Shown here in pieces: positions 39,047-52,366 of a DNA stretch of 64,000 nucleotides. Each line of letters starts with the position of its first letter. The stretch's first letter is position 1. Origin of the DNA: Carcharhinus longimanus (taxonomy: Eukaryota); NCBI GenBank assembly GCA_030264375.1, contig JASCQW010000043.1, forward strand, positions 71,194,740 to 71,258,739. The letters are read 5' to 3'. The notes beneath the pieces were generated by a model. The model had not been told where the DNA came from and did not search any database. It saw only the letters and a list, made by a program, of their open reading frames with translations. A program made the translations under genes and the position numbers.

Positions 39047-39370
39047 TCATAGAATCATAGAAACCCTACAGAGCAGAAAGAGGCCATTTGGCCCATCAAG
39101 TCTGCACCAACCACAATCCCACCAGGCCCTGCCCCCATTTCCCTACATATTTACCCGCTAATCCCTCTAACCTATGCATCTCAGGACACTAATGGGCAAT
39201 TTTAACATGGCCAATCAACCTAACCTGCACATCTTTGGACTTTGGGAGGAAACCGACGCAGACACGAGGAGAAAGTGCAAATTCCATTCAGACAGTGACC
39301 CAAGCCAGGAATCGAACCCAGGTCCCTGGTGCTGTGAAGCAGCAGTGCTAACCACTGTGCTACCATGCCA
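39047..39370 (-). mobile_element. Near full-length HE1-type SINE
   Basis: catagaatcatagaa tail repeats, body and reverse-complement tRNA head. Confidence 0.92.
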
Positions 39371-41071
39371 TGTCATGTTGGCATAGACAAAAATAAAGGC
39401 ATACAGAGCCCAAACCTGAAGTAGAGATGATTGAGCCTATGTTAAGAAGGAACTGTAAAATTGCCAGAGAAGATTCTGTTCATAATCTATGTTTAATTTC
39501 AGTATTAATGCTCATGAGAAGTAAATATTATATATAATTTATTTTTATTTTAAAATGGTAATGCCTAGATTACTTATAAGAGCACAATGATTAAATTTTA
39601 ACTGAAAATAATCTGGTCTAAGGCTACTGTATCTGATGTATAATAAATTACTTCTTTAATTAACTGAGTGCAATTTTTCATTAAACAGGCTGCTAACAGT
39701 GCAAGACCAAGTAAAACGGTAATGCTTTAAATTATCATGCTAGCGTCCAAAATACAAGGAAATAACACGGTGCAGATTTCACTAGCACACCCACCTGACA
39801 AAAGGCAATTCTGGTCTCATTTCTTGGTTCTTGTAGAGCACACAAATGGTGAAGAAGCAAGTTCAAGATAACATTAATTATTAAAATGACAACACAAATA
39901 ACCTACTTGCTGTTTAGTGCTTCCCGTATCTTTGTACTTCTTCCATGTTTAGAATTTTACGATCAATTTGAAATTAGGCTTTTTCCTACTAACAGTTGTA
40001 AACTAGACATTACCATTTCATTGAAACAACTTGTCCTTAGCACATCCACACTTCTGAAAAAGAAAATACTAAACCATAGTCCATCTAAACAAGTCCCAAA
40101 ATGCATACCCAACACTAACTGTAAAAGGAAATGTAGAGTTGCACATTTGGGCACTTTTCATATTCTCTTAAGTGATCACTAGGGATGAGAAGAAAAAGAA
40201 TCTAATGCTGTAAATCTGAAAAGTCAACAGAAAATGCTAGAACGCTATTACATCAGTTGATAAGATTGTTTTATGCATGACATTCATTAGGTCTCCAATG
40301 AAAGATGAAATCTGAAACACTGACTTGTCTTTTTCTTTCACAACCCATTACATTTTGATAATACCTGATTCCTTTGTTTTTGAATTGAATCTGGTTATGC
40401 ATAGTGTATTTATCAATTATTAATTGACATGTGTATAATAGTTGCCCATGTGCAGTTATTTTAATAATCTTACTTGAATCTTCTCCAAGGTCAGAAGAAG
40501 ATCAAATGAGCTTTAACTGTGGAGTTCATTTCTGTTAGCATTTGCTTTTCCCCAAGTCACTTTAACAGCCTGCATACTTCAACAGCAAAGAGGCAAGCCA
40601 TTTTGTGATCTGGGCCTCATTTAAATAAAACCAGTGGAATGCCAATGCTAAAAAGGTGCCTCGCCCCAGCTCACTAGGTTCAGAGTGGTGTATTATTAAG
40701 GCAGCAAGAAAGTAGGTTGGCTGGGGGAGAGAGAATAGCCACAGACATGTGGGGCACTGGGGGAGCTGAAGCACTCGGACAAGTCAATCCACCATTTAAT
40801 AGATCAAAAGACAAGCATACAAAAAAACAGATTTGGCATGAATTATGACTTGCTATTTATTTCAAATATGGATTGACTATTAAACCTCCAAGTGGCTTAT
40901 TTAAACTCAATCAGGTCAGAGATCTTCCCAAAAAAAACTACTGTATCTGAAAATGCTACTCAAAATACTTCTTAAAAATCCTACTTGTTATCAGTTATCC
41001 ATTCTCTTTCAATAGACAGAGGATCATGTTTGCCAGCCTAGTAACAATGGTTTATGGAGTTGGTAAATGAA

Positions 41072-42327
41072 TAAGAAGTCTCACAACACCAGGTTAAAGT
41101 CCAACAGGTTTATGTGGTAGCACAAACCACAAGCTTTCTGAGCACTGCCCCTTTGTCAGGTGATTGGGAGTTCTGTTCACAAACAGGGCATATAAGGACA
41201 CAAATTCAATTTACAAAATAATGGTTGGAATGCAAGTCTTTACATCAAGTCTTATAGGTACAGACAATATGAATGGAAAGAGGGTTAAGCTCAGGTTAAA
41301 GAGATGTGTATTGTCTCCAGCCAGGACAATTAATGAGATTTTGCAAGCCCGGGCAAGTTGTGGGGGTTACAGATAGTGTGACATGAACCCAAGATCCCAG
41401 TTGAGGCCGTCCTCATGTGTGCTGATAACCAAGNNNNNNNNNNNNNNNNNNNNNNNNNNNNNNNNNNNNNNNNNNNNNNNNNNNNNNNNNNNNNNNNNNN
41501 NNNNNNNNNNNNNNNNNNNNNNNNNNNNNNNNNGCAAACTACCCAGCCTTCAGGAGGACAGTGACCACGACACCACACAACCCTGCCACAGCAACCTCTG
41601 CAAGACATGCCAGAGTATCAACGTGAATACCATCATCTCACATGAAAACATCATCCACTAGGTACACATACATACTCTTGCATCTCGGCCAATGTTGTCT
41701 ACCTGATACACTGCAGGAAAGGATGTCCCGAATTATGGTACATTTGGGGGCCATGCAGACGCAATGACAACAGATGAATGAACACCGCTCGACAATCGCC
41801 AGGCAAGAGTGTTCTCTTCCTGTTGGCGAACACTTCAGCGGTCACGGGCATTCAGCCTCTGATCTTCGGGTAAGCGTTCTCCAAGGAGGCCTTCAAATAC
41901 ATGACAATGCAGAATCGCTGAGCAGAAACTGATAGCCAAGTTCTGCACACATGAGGATGGCCTCAATCGGGATCTTGGGTTCATGTCACACTATCTGTAA
42001 CACTCACAACTTGCTTGGGCTAAGTCTCACTAACTGTCCTGGCTGGAGACAATACACGCCTCTTTAACCTGTGCTTAACACACTCTCCACTCACACTGTC
42101 CGTATCTTTAAGACTTGATTGCCTGTAAAGAATCGCATTCCAACCATTATTTTGTAAATTGAGTTTATGTCTATATATGCCCAGTTTGTGAACAGAACTC
42201 CCATTCACCTGATGAAGGAGCAGCACTCCAAAAGCTTGTGGCTTGTGCTACCAAATAAACCTGTTGGACTTTAACCTGAGACTTCTTACTGTGCTTACCC
42301 CAGTCCAATGCTGGCATCTCTAATTCA
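41072..42327 (+). mobile_element. Penelope-like retroelement: GIY-YIG C-terminus with an inverted pseudo-LTR and a 12-bp TSD
   Basis: SANVVYLIHCRKGCP..WYI...MNEHRSTI...PVGEHFSGHGHS...EQKLIAKF..HEDGLNRDLGFMSHY; 41072-41430 is the reverse complement of ~41935-42290; ttggtaaatgaa at 41060-41071 and 42328-42339. Confidence 0.92.
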
Positions 42328-43719
42328 TTGGTAAATGAAATAGGTTTCACAAAGGTATCCACTTTGATGAATAGTTCTATAACCAAAGACTTCCTAAAAC
42401 TGGGTGGCGTGAGTGTGAGTTGCAACTTGCATGTGCGCCTGTTTCACATGCAAGCTGTGCACACTCATCGGTTGTATGTAGGCATGTGCCGAGACTTTAG
42501 GGAGCAGACTGCAGAGGAAATGAAGGCTGGGGCCTGTCACAAAGCACATTGTTCAGCCTCAAGTCTGAATCATCCCAATGTCTGCCTGTCTTTCCTGAAG
42601 CCTGAAAATTGCCTAGTTGGAGCCTAAATCACAGCAGTGCATCTGAAGCCACAAATCACTACTGAGATTAAAGCAGCAATCAATCCACATTCAGCTCATG
42701 TATAACACTGCAAATCGCAAGCAAACAACTCAGCAGTTGCACTAATGACGAATATGGATTACTGTTGGGTTTAACCTGCAAGTACTAAAACACACAAAAT
42801 ATTAAAGCAGCAAAAAAATCCACAATTTAAGCACAAAAATTGATTTCCAGCAACATTACGCAACTTCAGAGACCAACAAAACCACAGCAACTTCAGGCTC
42901 ACGGTAATGCACAGACAAAGCAGGTAGCAATGACCTCAGGAGGTCACTCCCAGTGTGGGAGAAGGATGCAGTACACAGTCTCTCAGACAGGTGCTCATAC
43001 TTCAGCAACAAGCAGGGAGGTCCAGGCACAACTAACAATACCAGACAAGCTGCCTGTCTGTGGATTTCTCTCATGGGCACCCAGTCGAGGACAGCAGCTG
43101 CTCCACGTCCTTGCCAATCTCTGCATCAACTGAAGAGTACCAAGCCATGTCTCTGAGTGCACCCTCTCAGGCAAAGCCTACTCAGACCCTGCAAGCCTGT
43201 CAGTGAAGGGGGGTGGGGGGGCAACCAAAACATAGCACCCGCAGACACAAGCTTAACACGCAGTGAGCACCACAATAGGTTTACACAGATGGCATTTGCT
43301 CTTTTGCAATTTCATATGTTCAAATCAGTTCTTATTTTAAATTCTTTCCACTTAAATATCAAGAAGAGAATTGAGTTCTTTGCTCACAAGCCCCAAGTGT
43401 CCTGTGTATTTGATAGGTGTTTGCCCCATGAATGCCTGGTAAAAGACATTGAGGAAGAAAACTCCATAATTAAGGTAGTAATGCGACACTGGGCTCATGG
43501 CATGGTCAATTATGCCTGAAATGTTTGTGAAGGAGGCAGTGTCTTTGAACTCAAATGGAAGACAAGTCTTTGCAGCAGTCTAGCTGAAGGAGCGCTGAAT
43601 CAAGGCTTCCCTGAGCATTCCTCATTTCAGCCTCTTCATCCTTGTCATTTGCCTGTTTGAGCTTCACATCTGAGTCTTCATTGGATTCCTCTTCTGAGGC
43701 CTACTGCTCCAATGGTTAC

Positions 43720-44190
43720 CTCTTAAGAGTCAGCAAGATTATGCAGAGCACTGCAGACAACAACAAATGAGTGACACTCGCTCTGGCAGATATTGCAGGG
43801 TGTGCCTGGGACTGGTCCAGGCATTGGAACCTAATTTTTAGCAGACCTACTGTCCTCTCCACCACTATCTTGTGGATTCATGGCAATGATTGTTTCTCTC
43901 CTCCACTTGTGTCCTCAGGTACCTGAGAGGTATCATCATCAGCCACTTTTCAAGGGATGCCCCTTGTCACCCATTAACCATCCATTAAGGTAAGCCGGAA
44001 CCACAAACATCCTTGACACCTGCAAATGTCTCAGTATGTAGGCATCATGGGAGCTGATAGGGTACCTCACATAAACCTGTAGAATCTGGGTCCTGTGGTC
44101 AAAACTATCTGAACATCATAGAGTGAAACCCCTCCTATTGACAAAAGTGCCCAGCTGACACTTTGATGGCCATTTGGGTGCAGAGTGCCA
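43720..44190 (-). pseudogene. Harbinger transposase relic
   Basis: FVNRRGFHS...RYPISSHDAYILR...NGWLMGDKG...VERTVGLLKIRFQCLD...LQYLPERVS...CSALHNLA, with frameshifts. Confidence 0.85.
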
Positions 44191-47004
44191 GGCGGGAAGG
44201 GTAGACAGCGTGTACCTGACAGGAGAGAATGAGTACCATGTGGAAGGGTGGAGGCAGCAAGTGCTTGGCAAGAGTAAATGGCAATGGCAGAAAACAGGCA
44301 ATAGCTGATCAGACATCCATTATTCGCTCTATTTCATATGTGAGATGATAATGGGAAGCCAATCTACTATATATTGTTTTCTACCCTGGACGTAAATTAA
44401 AAGCTATCCCCTCAGTTCTAATCCTACTTCTTTCCCTGAATTCAGAAAATTGGGAAACCAGGCATGGACAGTAATAAGGCAGAGCTTCAACAACCTCATT
44501 GCTTCCCAGGTTTGCTTCACACAATCATGTTGGTCATCATCACCTCAATTTCCACACCCCAATTAACTCCCACACCATCTTTCCCCCACAAACTACACCG
44601 CCCAATCATCCCCCCATAAGGTCCTGCATCCAAAATGCCCAGAAGCAGGGGATTAGTTAGGAGTTGGTACAAATGATGGTGATCATCTTTCAAAGCAATT
44701 CTACATCTCACCCTTTATATTGCTCCACTCAAATGATCACAGTTATATCACAAAACTGGCCAAAGCAGCCACTTCAACAACAGTCATGGTGCCAACACAC
44801 ACAGGGCCATGTTCATAACCAGGAGTCAGAAGGACTGGATCACCCCCATCTCTACCAAGTAATCATCCACAATACTTCCTCCTCCCCATGAAGGGTGACA
44901 CTTAAAAAGCAGCACAAGTTTGTCCAGTACAAGATTCACCCATACACTTTAACTACACTGATAAGCAACGAGACAAAACACAATGAACATAGCAACAGAT
45001 ATTCTAAGACATATAAAAGTTGCATTGACAGAAATAACAATATGTAACTTTTGGTACAAGGACAATTCAGATGATTGAGGAGACATGGAGTTGGTCTCAC
45101 AGATTCTGATGTATACCATTGGGCATACTGGAGCTTTAGTTGACATGGAGATTGTGCCCATGTAAAGAGCACTATTATGCATTGGGAAAGAAAAGATATT
45201 AATGAAGGGTTTGGCAGTTAAGATTAAATACTTTATAATTAGAAAACATCTCAACACACCCTTAGCATAACAACTTCGCTATCTATGCATTAGACCTTAA
45301 GTTCAGTGACAGGCAGTACGCTTCCCTTCAAAGAATGCTATATTTTTATCTACTTCGTGCATGGCTTCAGTATGTTAGTTATTGACGTAGCAGCATCAGC
45401 ATGCTTAAAAGCACAGGGTCTCTTAAAATGCAGTGCATGGTCAACCCACCACCTTCCCAAATGNNNNNNNNNNNNNNNNNNNNNNNNNNNNNNNNNNNNN
45501 NNNNNNNNNNNNNNNNNNNNNNNNNNNNNNNNNNNNNNNNNNNNNNNNNNNNNNNNNNNNNNNTGCTCTTGGCCGATCTCCCTTTTTATAGTAAGCGATG
45601 GAGGCATCACGCTTGGATCTCAAGCTACCATTAAGCGACTCAATGAGTCCCTGCCACTAGGTTACATTTGGCAGAGAAAGGCACAGGCCAAGGAGGCAAC
45701 CTAGCAGCTTTGACTAGCCAATCTGATATTGGTGTTGTGTAAGAATGGGGTGGTACCTCCTCTGGAACATCCGCTGTGCTCATTAGAGACATTCCCCTTC
45801 TTTTCCTCAATAAGTTATATCCTCTCCTCTAACTCTCCCCCAAGTCTCTCATAACTGATCACCCAACTCCTCACCCACTCACTCACTGGCCCATTAACGC
45901 ACCAGGCTTACCTGAAGTCCAACTTACGCAACCTTCTCTTCCACAGTTCCAGCAATGGCCATTACTCAAAGCTGGCACTGCTGGATCCGCAGAATTGCTG
46001 GCCATTTGGATTGACCAGCAGCTCCCTAAGGTGGGACATTCTCCCCAAGTGATGGTACCTGGAGTCAATTAATGTTCTGCAGAGTGTAATGTAGCTGTGG
46101 GACAGTAGGCTCCTTACAAGGATGGGCTCTGATTTTTTAGTGGTGGGTGTGTGCAGGGGGGTGGGGAGAACACAGCATCTCATAAAATCCAACTGAATGA
46201 GTTGCTTCGAGCACGGGTATTCTAGGAGTTGCTGACACAGCCATTAACAACCTGAAGTGCAAAGCACCATGCGTACAGTTTCAGAATATGCAACATCCTA
46301 ACAGTTACCAAAGTGACCACTTGAGGTCTCTGAAGAGCAGCCAAGTTGAGTAACCAGGAATAAACCAGGAATACTGACAGCGCTATTCCCAGCCTTCATG
46401 CTCAATTACTGTTCCCCTCCCCCACCTCTCTTAAACTGCCCAGATCCACCTCTGGACTGGCTCTTTCTCTTAACCTTCCAATTCTGAGAAAGCACAGACC
46501 AGAATGTCCGATGAGAACCAAGACAATTTCCAACAAGCCTCAGATTTCGTTTTTGGGCAAGGACTGCAGCTATATTAACTACTTTTTGCAATAAACCAAT
46601 TGCCCAACCAAAATGTGATTACTAACCCATGGGTGATATTTTAAGATATTCCCATGATAGATATACAAAGCACTAGCAATTACAGATGTAATTAAAGTAC
46701 CTTCAAATGTTCTATTGAATAAAATCATTTCAAGGTGCTACAAATCAATAACTAACAACGACACAGCACACAAGCATAGAAGATGTAAAAATAGAAGTAG
46801 CCAGCTCAGAGAGGCAGTGGGTATTTAAATGATCCATTATAATCAGTAATACAATTGGATTACAGAATATAAATTTGTCCAAATGTGTCAGAATTTCTCT
46901 CAATTGGTTGATAATGCCAGAGTATAGTGCAATGCCTGGTGTACACAGGACTGTCCACATTTTTAACCTGCATTTACACTGAAAACCAATCTGTCAAAAC
47001 TTAC

Positions 47005-47047
47005 ATTTCATTTGCTTCACGACTGACTTGTTGGGTTCCAGCCAATG
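47005..47047 (-). CDS. FRMD3: FRMD3 coding exon (exon 3 equivalent, 43 nt)
   Basis: tttcctag|CATTGG...ATGAAAT|gtaagt; HWLEPNKSVVKQMK plus 1 nt; too short to appear in the ORF track; phase 0/1. Confidence 0.93.
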
Positions 47048-50000
47048 CTAGGAAATACAAATTGGAGATCAAAAATTAGACAATATTACAGCTTTTTCTA
47101 TCTTTGTCATTCTGTCTCATAAAACAATGATTACTTTGTGTTGTACAACATAGTTACTAATGAATCTCAAAGGTCTCATTGCTATATTAGGAATGTGAAC
47201 CTACGAAACAAGAAATTATTCAGTCAGCATTTACTCAGTACATACCAAACAAATGCCAAAATTCAAATGAAATTGTGACAAAAGAATCTCGTGTGTTTCT
47301 GGAGAAATTAGAAAGAACAACATTAAGTAACCACAGTAGCCTCCTAGTTACAGTACTGATTTTCAAAATTTAAGTCTTTAATGTTAACATGTCATACTAG
47401 TCTCGAGTTCCATCAGCACTCAGCTGAATAATATAAAATGTGACATCTTGCAGGATGGTTGGAATCAGGATATGCAATTCAGATGAAAATGGAATGCCGA
47501 TACAATATTTGTAACTATACTTGAATATCCTTCAATAACAATCTGTAGTCTGATCACATAACTCAGCCTGGCTGGGAGGAAAGGTCACACAAAGCAGCAT
47601 AATAAAAGGATGCACTGTCACTTAGATATTTATTTTTTAAGTATTCAGAAACAATTTTTTGAAACTTGCAAGTAGAAAAATTAAAGTTTTATTTTTTCAA
47701 AATTGGTTTGTTCTGTGTTATAGAAAACAAACAAACATAATAGGGGCTGAAATATTTGATAACTCTGTGCAATAGACAGGTAGGTGACGGATTCATTTCC
47801 ATGTGAGGCCCTCATTTAATGCACACAGGAAGCTTTCAATGTTGCATGAGCACTAACAGGCAACTCGGCAATCTAGGAGGGCAGGAAAACTAGTGTTTGT
47901 CCATGAAGAGGAGTTAGAAATTTGTCATTAAAAATAGATAACAATCCCAGCAAGGCACGGAGAGACTGCAGCACGCAGAAAGAATTTTGCGCAGCCTGGA
48001 AGAACATTTTTAACTTGCACCTAAAGAAAAGCGCCTTATCTGTTCACTGGAAATGTCAAGGCCTGGAACATAACTATAAATCGATGTAATCTTACTTGTA
48101 ATATTTTCCTTGCCCTGAAGAAATGGGAGTGAATTTAAGTCTCAGGTCAAAACGTGGCCCTGTGAGAAACTGGCCAGTCCAAGAATTCTAGCAGATTAAG
48201 GAGGCCTGGCTAGTTTTAACAGCTGGACTTCATTACGGTGCCACTGGGCAACTGCCAGGAATTATAAAGAATTGTTCCCAGCACGATAGTAAATGATCGG
48301 GAGTGGGATCTGACTGGGATCGCAGTAGGTGAAAGGACGCTCTTTATCCCTTGGGCATCAAAATATGCTCAAGATATCCCGATGGTACCCAAAGGGAACT
48401 TCTGCAAGAAAACTGAAAAAAAAACTTACTTTTCTAGTCCTCTTCTGGTCCTAAACCATTCCTGACAAATTAATCTAGCAGTCAGACCCCAGTGAGGTCA
48501 CTGGAATACAATCTGTATATTTAAAGAAGGATCCTGCCAGGTTAGACCCTTTGCTGTCTGCAATTTTAAAATACCATCAGCCAGGTCAGTGCAGAAGGAT
48601 ATATTGTCTCCTCCATTTTAACTGTATTCATGTTCCCCCAACCCTCCCAGAAAGACAGGCAGATTTCCAGTTGGGGATTCCTTTCCTGAGCACTGCCTCT
48701 AGCATCCTAGGAGATCAGCAATTTAAGCTTCCCATCGCAGTTTATGACCTATCCTCTCTAAAACCATGACGTCCTCCACAGGAATGCAACTAGGAGGAGG
48801 CTGGAGAGTCAGAAATTGGGAGGGGTAATCAACATTTGGGGTCTTAACAATCATGAGATCAGCAAAATAATAGGGGAGATCCCTAAAATGAGATTGGTTT
48901 CTAAAAGAGGACAGTTTTCTTCAGTTTCCTCTCTTCCCTTCTTACCCTGCTAATGGGTGACTATCTAAGTCTTAGAATTTGCCCAAAAGCCCAAGCAAAT
49001 ATTCTACAGGGTACCCAACCTTTATATAGCAAATGCAATAACACTAACATTTGCGAAAGTTGCATGATTAGATATCATGTGGCTAGATGTCACATGGATA
49101 CATATCATGTGATCAGGTTTCTCATGGTCAAACATGATGGGGGTCAGGATGTCACATAATCAAACATCCAGGAATGCCTTCAAACAGAACTGGCAACCCT
49201 AAACAGTACTTGAATTAGTTCCCACAAGGTGTAGGATTTAGCCCCTAGTGTGACTTAAAAGTTAAACTAAAGCTTTTTTAAAAGTTTATTTATTAGTCAC
49301 AAATAAGGCTTACATTAACACTGCAATAAAGTTACTGTGAAATTCCCTTCACAACCACCTTGAATGTTTAGCTCTCTGTAAGCAAATTTTCCGGGAGCTT
49401 CTTTCTGGTGCCATGTATTAAGCTGAACTCAGCTAATACAAAGACTTGCAAAAGACAGTATACAGTTAAAGGCGTTTTTTATTGACCAACACGCATTGGG
49501 AGAGAGATGGCCGGGAGATTCCAACTTCTCTCTGATGTTATGGTACCTGTGTAAAACAGACATACTTTTTCCAAAGATCTGTTTCTCCTGCCCAACCTAT
49601 CGTCCAAACTGGATAATCCAATTACATTAATACACATTATTTACCTTGGCTAATAGCATATTATCTTCTAGTAGAATTGAGAATTCATTGGTCAACTGGA
49701 CCCTGAAGTTCTTCTCCCCCCCACCCTCCCCCCCGTTGCGTAGCAACCTTACCACTGGTCAGATATGGGGACAAATCTCTGGCCTTACCTACTCAAATCT
49801 GACAGGTTCAAGGATCACCCTCACCACCTGCAAACCACAGGAATTGGGAGGGAGTCATTTCCCGCTGCTTGCTAGTTATCCCTTATCAGTAAAACTGAAT
49901 ACTTCTATTCACTGCAACAGGAAACTAAATATCTCCATTCATTTTAAATCTTGGTAGCTTGCAGCTGCATTGTGTCCTACTGATAATAGAGAATATATTC

Positions 50001-50736
50001 TATACCTTATTGTTTCCAAAGAATGTGGCTTGCCTACTTCTGCTCATTTCCCATTATGCTGTGGAGCAAACTGCATCTTGGCCAAAGCTTACAAGACATT
50101 TGAAAATACAATACTTATTCAAAATTCTCTACCAATGATTATATACGTTTCTATGCAGACAATACTTTCGTATTGTATATATATTTTAGGCACTTTGTGA
50201 TTCCTTAAGTCACACTGTGATCCCTACACTAAAGGGGTCTATCTTGTTTTAATAACCTTCAAAACCCCAAGCATTCCTGCGCTCCCTTCTACCCTCTCCT
50301 TGAAAACTAAATGAATAACATGGAAAAAGGCACACGGCCAGAGAACAACACGATATGCAGCAGCAAAAGTTAATCATGGGCAGTCACATAAAACAAGTAA
50401 TATGGCAATCTGGGCCCAAGTAATTGGCAGATCATTTCTTTGGGGTAAACGCCTCACTGACTGTCCCATCAGCTGTAGGAGATTTCAATCAGCATTTAGA
50501 TACTGAAACCTGACAAAGATATCACTGACATACGACGAGAATCAAAATTACTAAGGAATTGGGCCACCACCAGAGAACAATGAAAATGATGCCCAACAAT
50601 GCAAAGACTGCAATGGGAGGAGGAAATTAGATAAAATCTGGCCTCACACTCAGCAAATCGCATATTGCATCACCAAGAGGAAAAAACAAAAGAATCTAAT
50701 GATTACTATTCTAAATTTAAATTGCACTGACCAGGC

Positions 50737-50950
50737 AAAGGGGGGCATTCTCTGGCCCCCCAGCCACATTTTTCTCAGCAGTGGGAGGAGCTGTACTGTT
50801 CACTGGCAGCGGGATTCTCTGATCCTACCACTATCATTCAGATTCCCAATGATGTCACCTCATGCCACTATGAAACCTGCAAGAGGGGGTGTGCTGCCAG
50901 TGGGGCCAGAGAATCCCTCTGGCGTGAATGGCCTGAGAAATCCCCCCATG
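50737..50950. mobile_element. Short MITE-like element
   Basis: ggggggcattctctggcc at the left and ggcctgagaaatcccccc at the right form imperfect inverted termini. Confidence 0.55.
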
Positions 50951-52195
50951 TACATCGATTTTGAGGCTTTCCTGTGTCTAATGACACAGGAGGCAGACAA
51001 AGCATTTGCTTACATCTGTTTCCATAGCTAGATTTCCTTGCCTGTTGTGAGTGGCTACAGCTTGAGGGGTGCAACTTGATGGCTGGCCAGGAGTCTCTCC
51101 TGCTCTTATTGTCAGCCATAAATGTCTTAGAAGGATTTACACACTTAATTAACACACCTTCCTTAGCAATCAAGTCCCGGAGAGGGACTTAAACCCAGAG
51201 CTTCCAGTCCAAAAGCAGGGTACTACACACTGGGACACAAGACCTCCCAACCAGACATGAGGGGAATCATACCTTTTTTTAAAAGAGCTTACGCCCATTT
51301 CACTACTGCCGTGATTCCCGAATAAACGTATCAGTAGCAGGACAAAACTCTTCTTTTTAAATTAAATGGCTGTCTTACCGTCCATTCTGATTTTTGGGTA
51401 GGCCTTAAATTATACAGTCAGTGATCCTGCTGCCAACAGAGTTTAGGTGGAAAGTAGTTGGGAAGCACAGAGTGGCAGAAAAAAAATTCATGGATAGGTT
51501 GCTACAGGGAATAAACAGCACAGCTAGGACAACAGTGGACTGTCACGTCAGACAATATTATCAATGCTGCTTCTTTAACATGCCCAGAAATACATGGGCA
51601 GTTAATATCAGGAGGCAGCCACTGACAGCACAACTTTCAGGCATCATAAATTATGGTCAGGCATTTTTTTCTCCATTCATTTTGGTATTTTCAACCCTTA
51701 AAAGCTTCCTTACATTTAACTCCTTGCTGCAGTGTGTGCAGTTTACATGTCCTAACCACGTTAATCTACTGCTGCAATGACCCTGTAATATTTTCAGCAT
51801 TTCTCCTTAAGGTGCTGATGCAGGCACACATCCATCTATAATGGAAGTCATCTAGCTTCTGCTGAGTTAGCTGACCTTAGTCAAGGCAATAATTGAGAGA
51901 CTAATGCTCATTTCAGCTTCACTATGTTCTGGTGAATGGAAATATCAGCTCTGAACCCTGATGGTCTGCCAGTGACTTTATTCGGAGTGCTTATATGAGT
52001 GCCTCAAGCAAGGACTGAAATAGATTCAATGACAATATAATGGCTAGCTGATGTTCACTGTTTATGTTTGCAAGTAAAGATGAGACCGAGATATGGTACC
52101 AGATGGTTGGCAGTGTCCATAACATAGTACCACGGTACCAGTCCATGTGCTCAGAAGAGAAAGGGGAAATGAGAAAGCAAAGGAGCTTTTTTCTA

Positions 52196-52366
<171 letters not shown>

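Noticed and set aside
49060-49165. Repeated catg/atcatgtg motifs
   Set aside because: Low-complexity degenerate repeat near a gaactggcaaccct transposon-like terminus, with no defined period or function.
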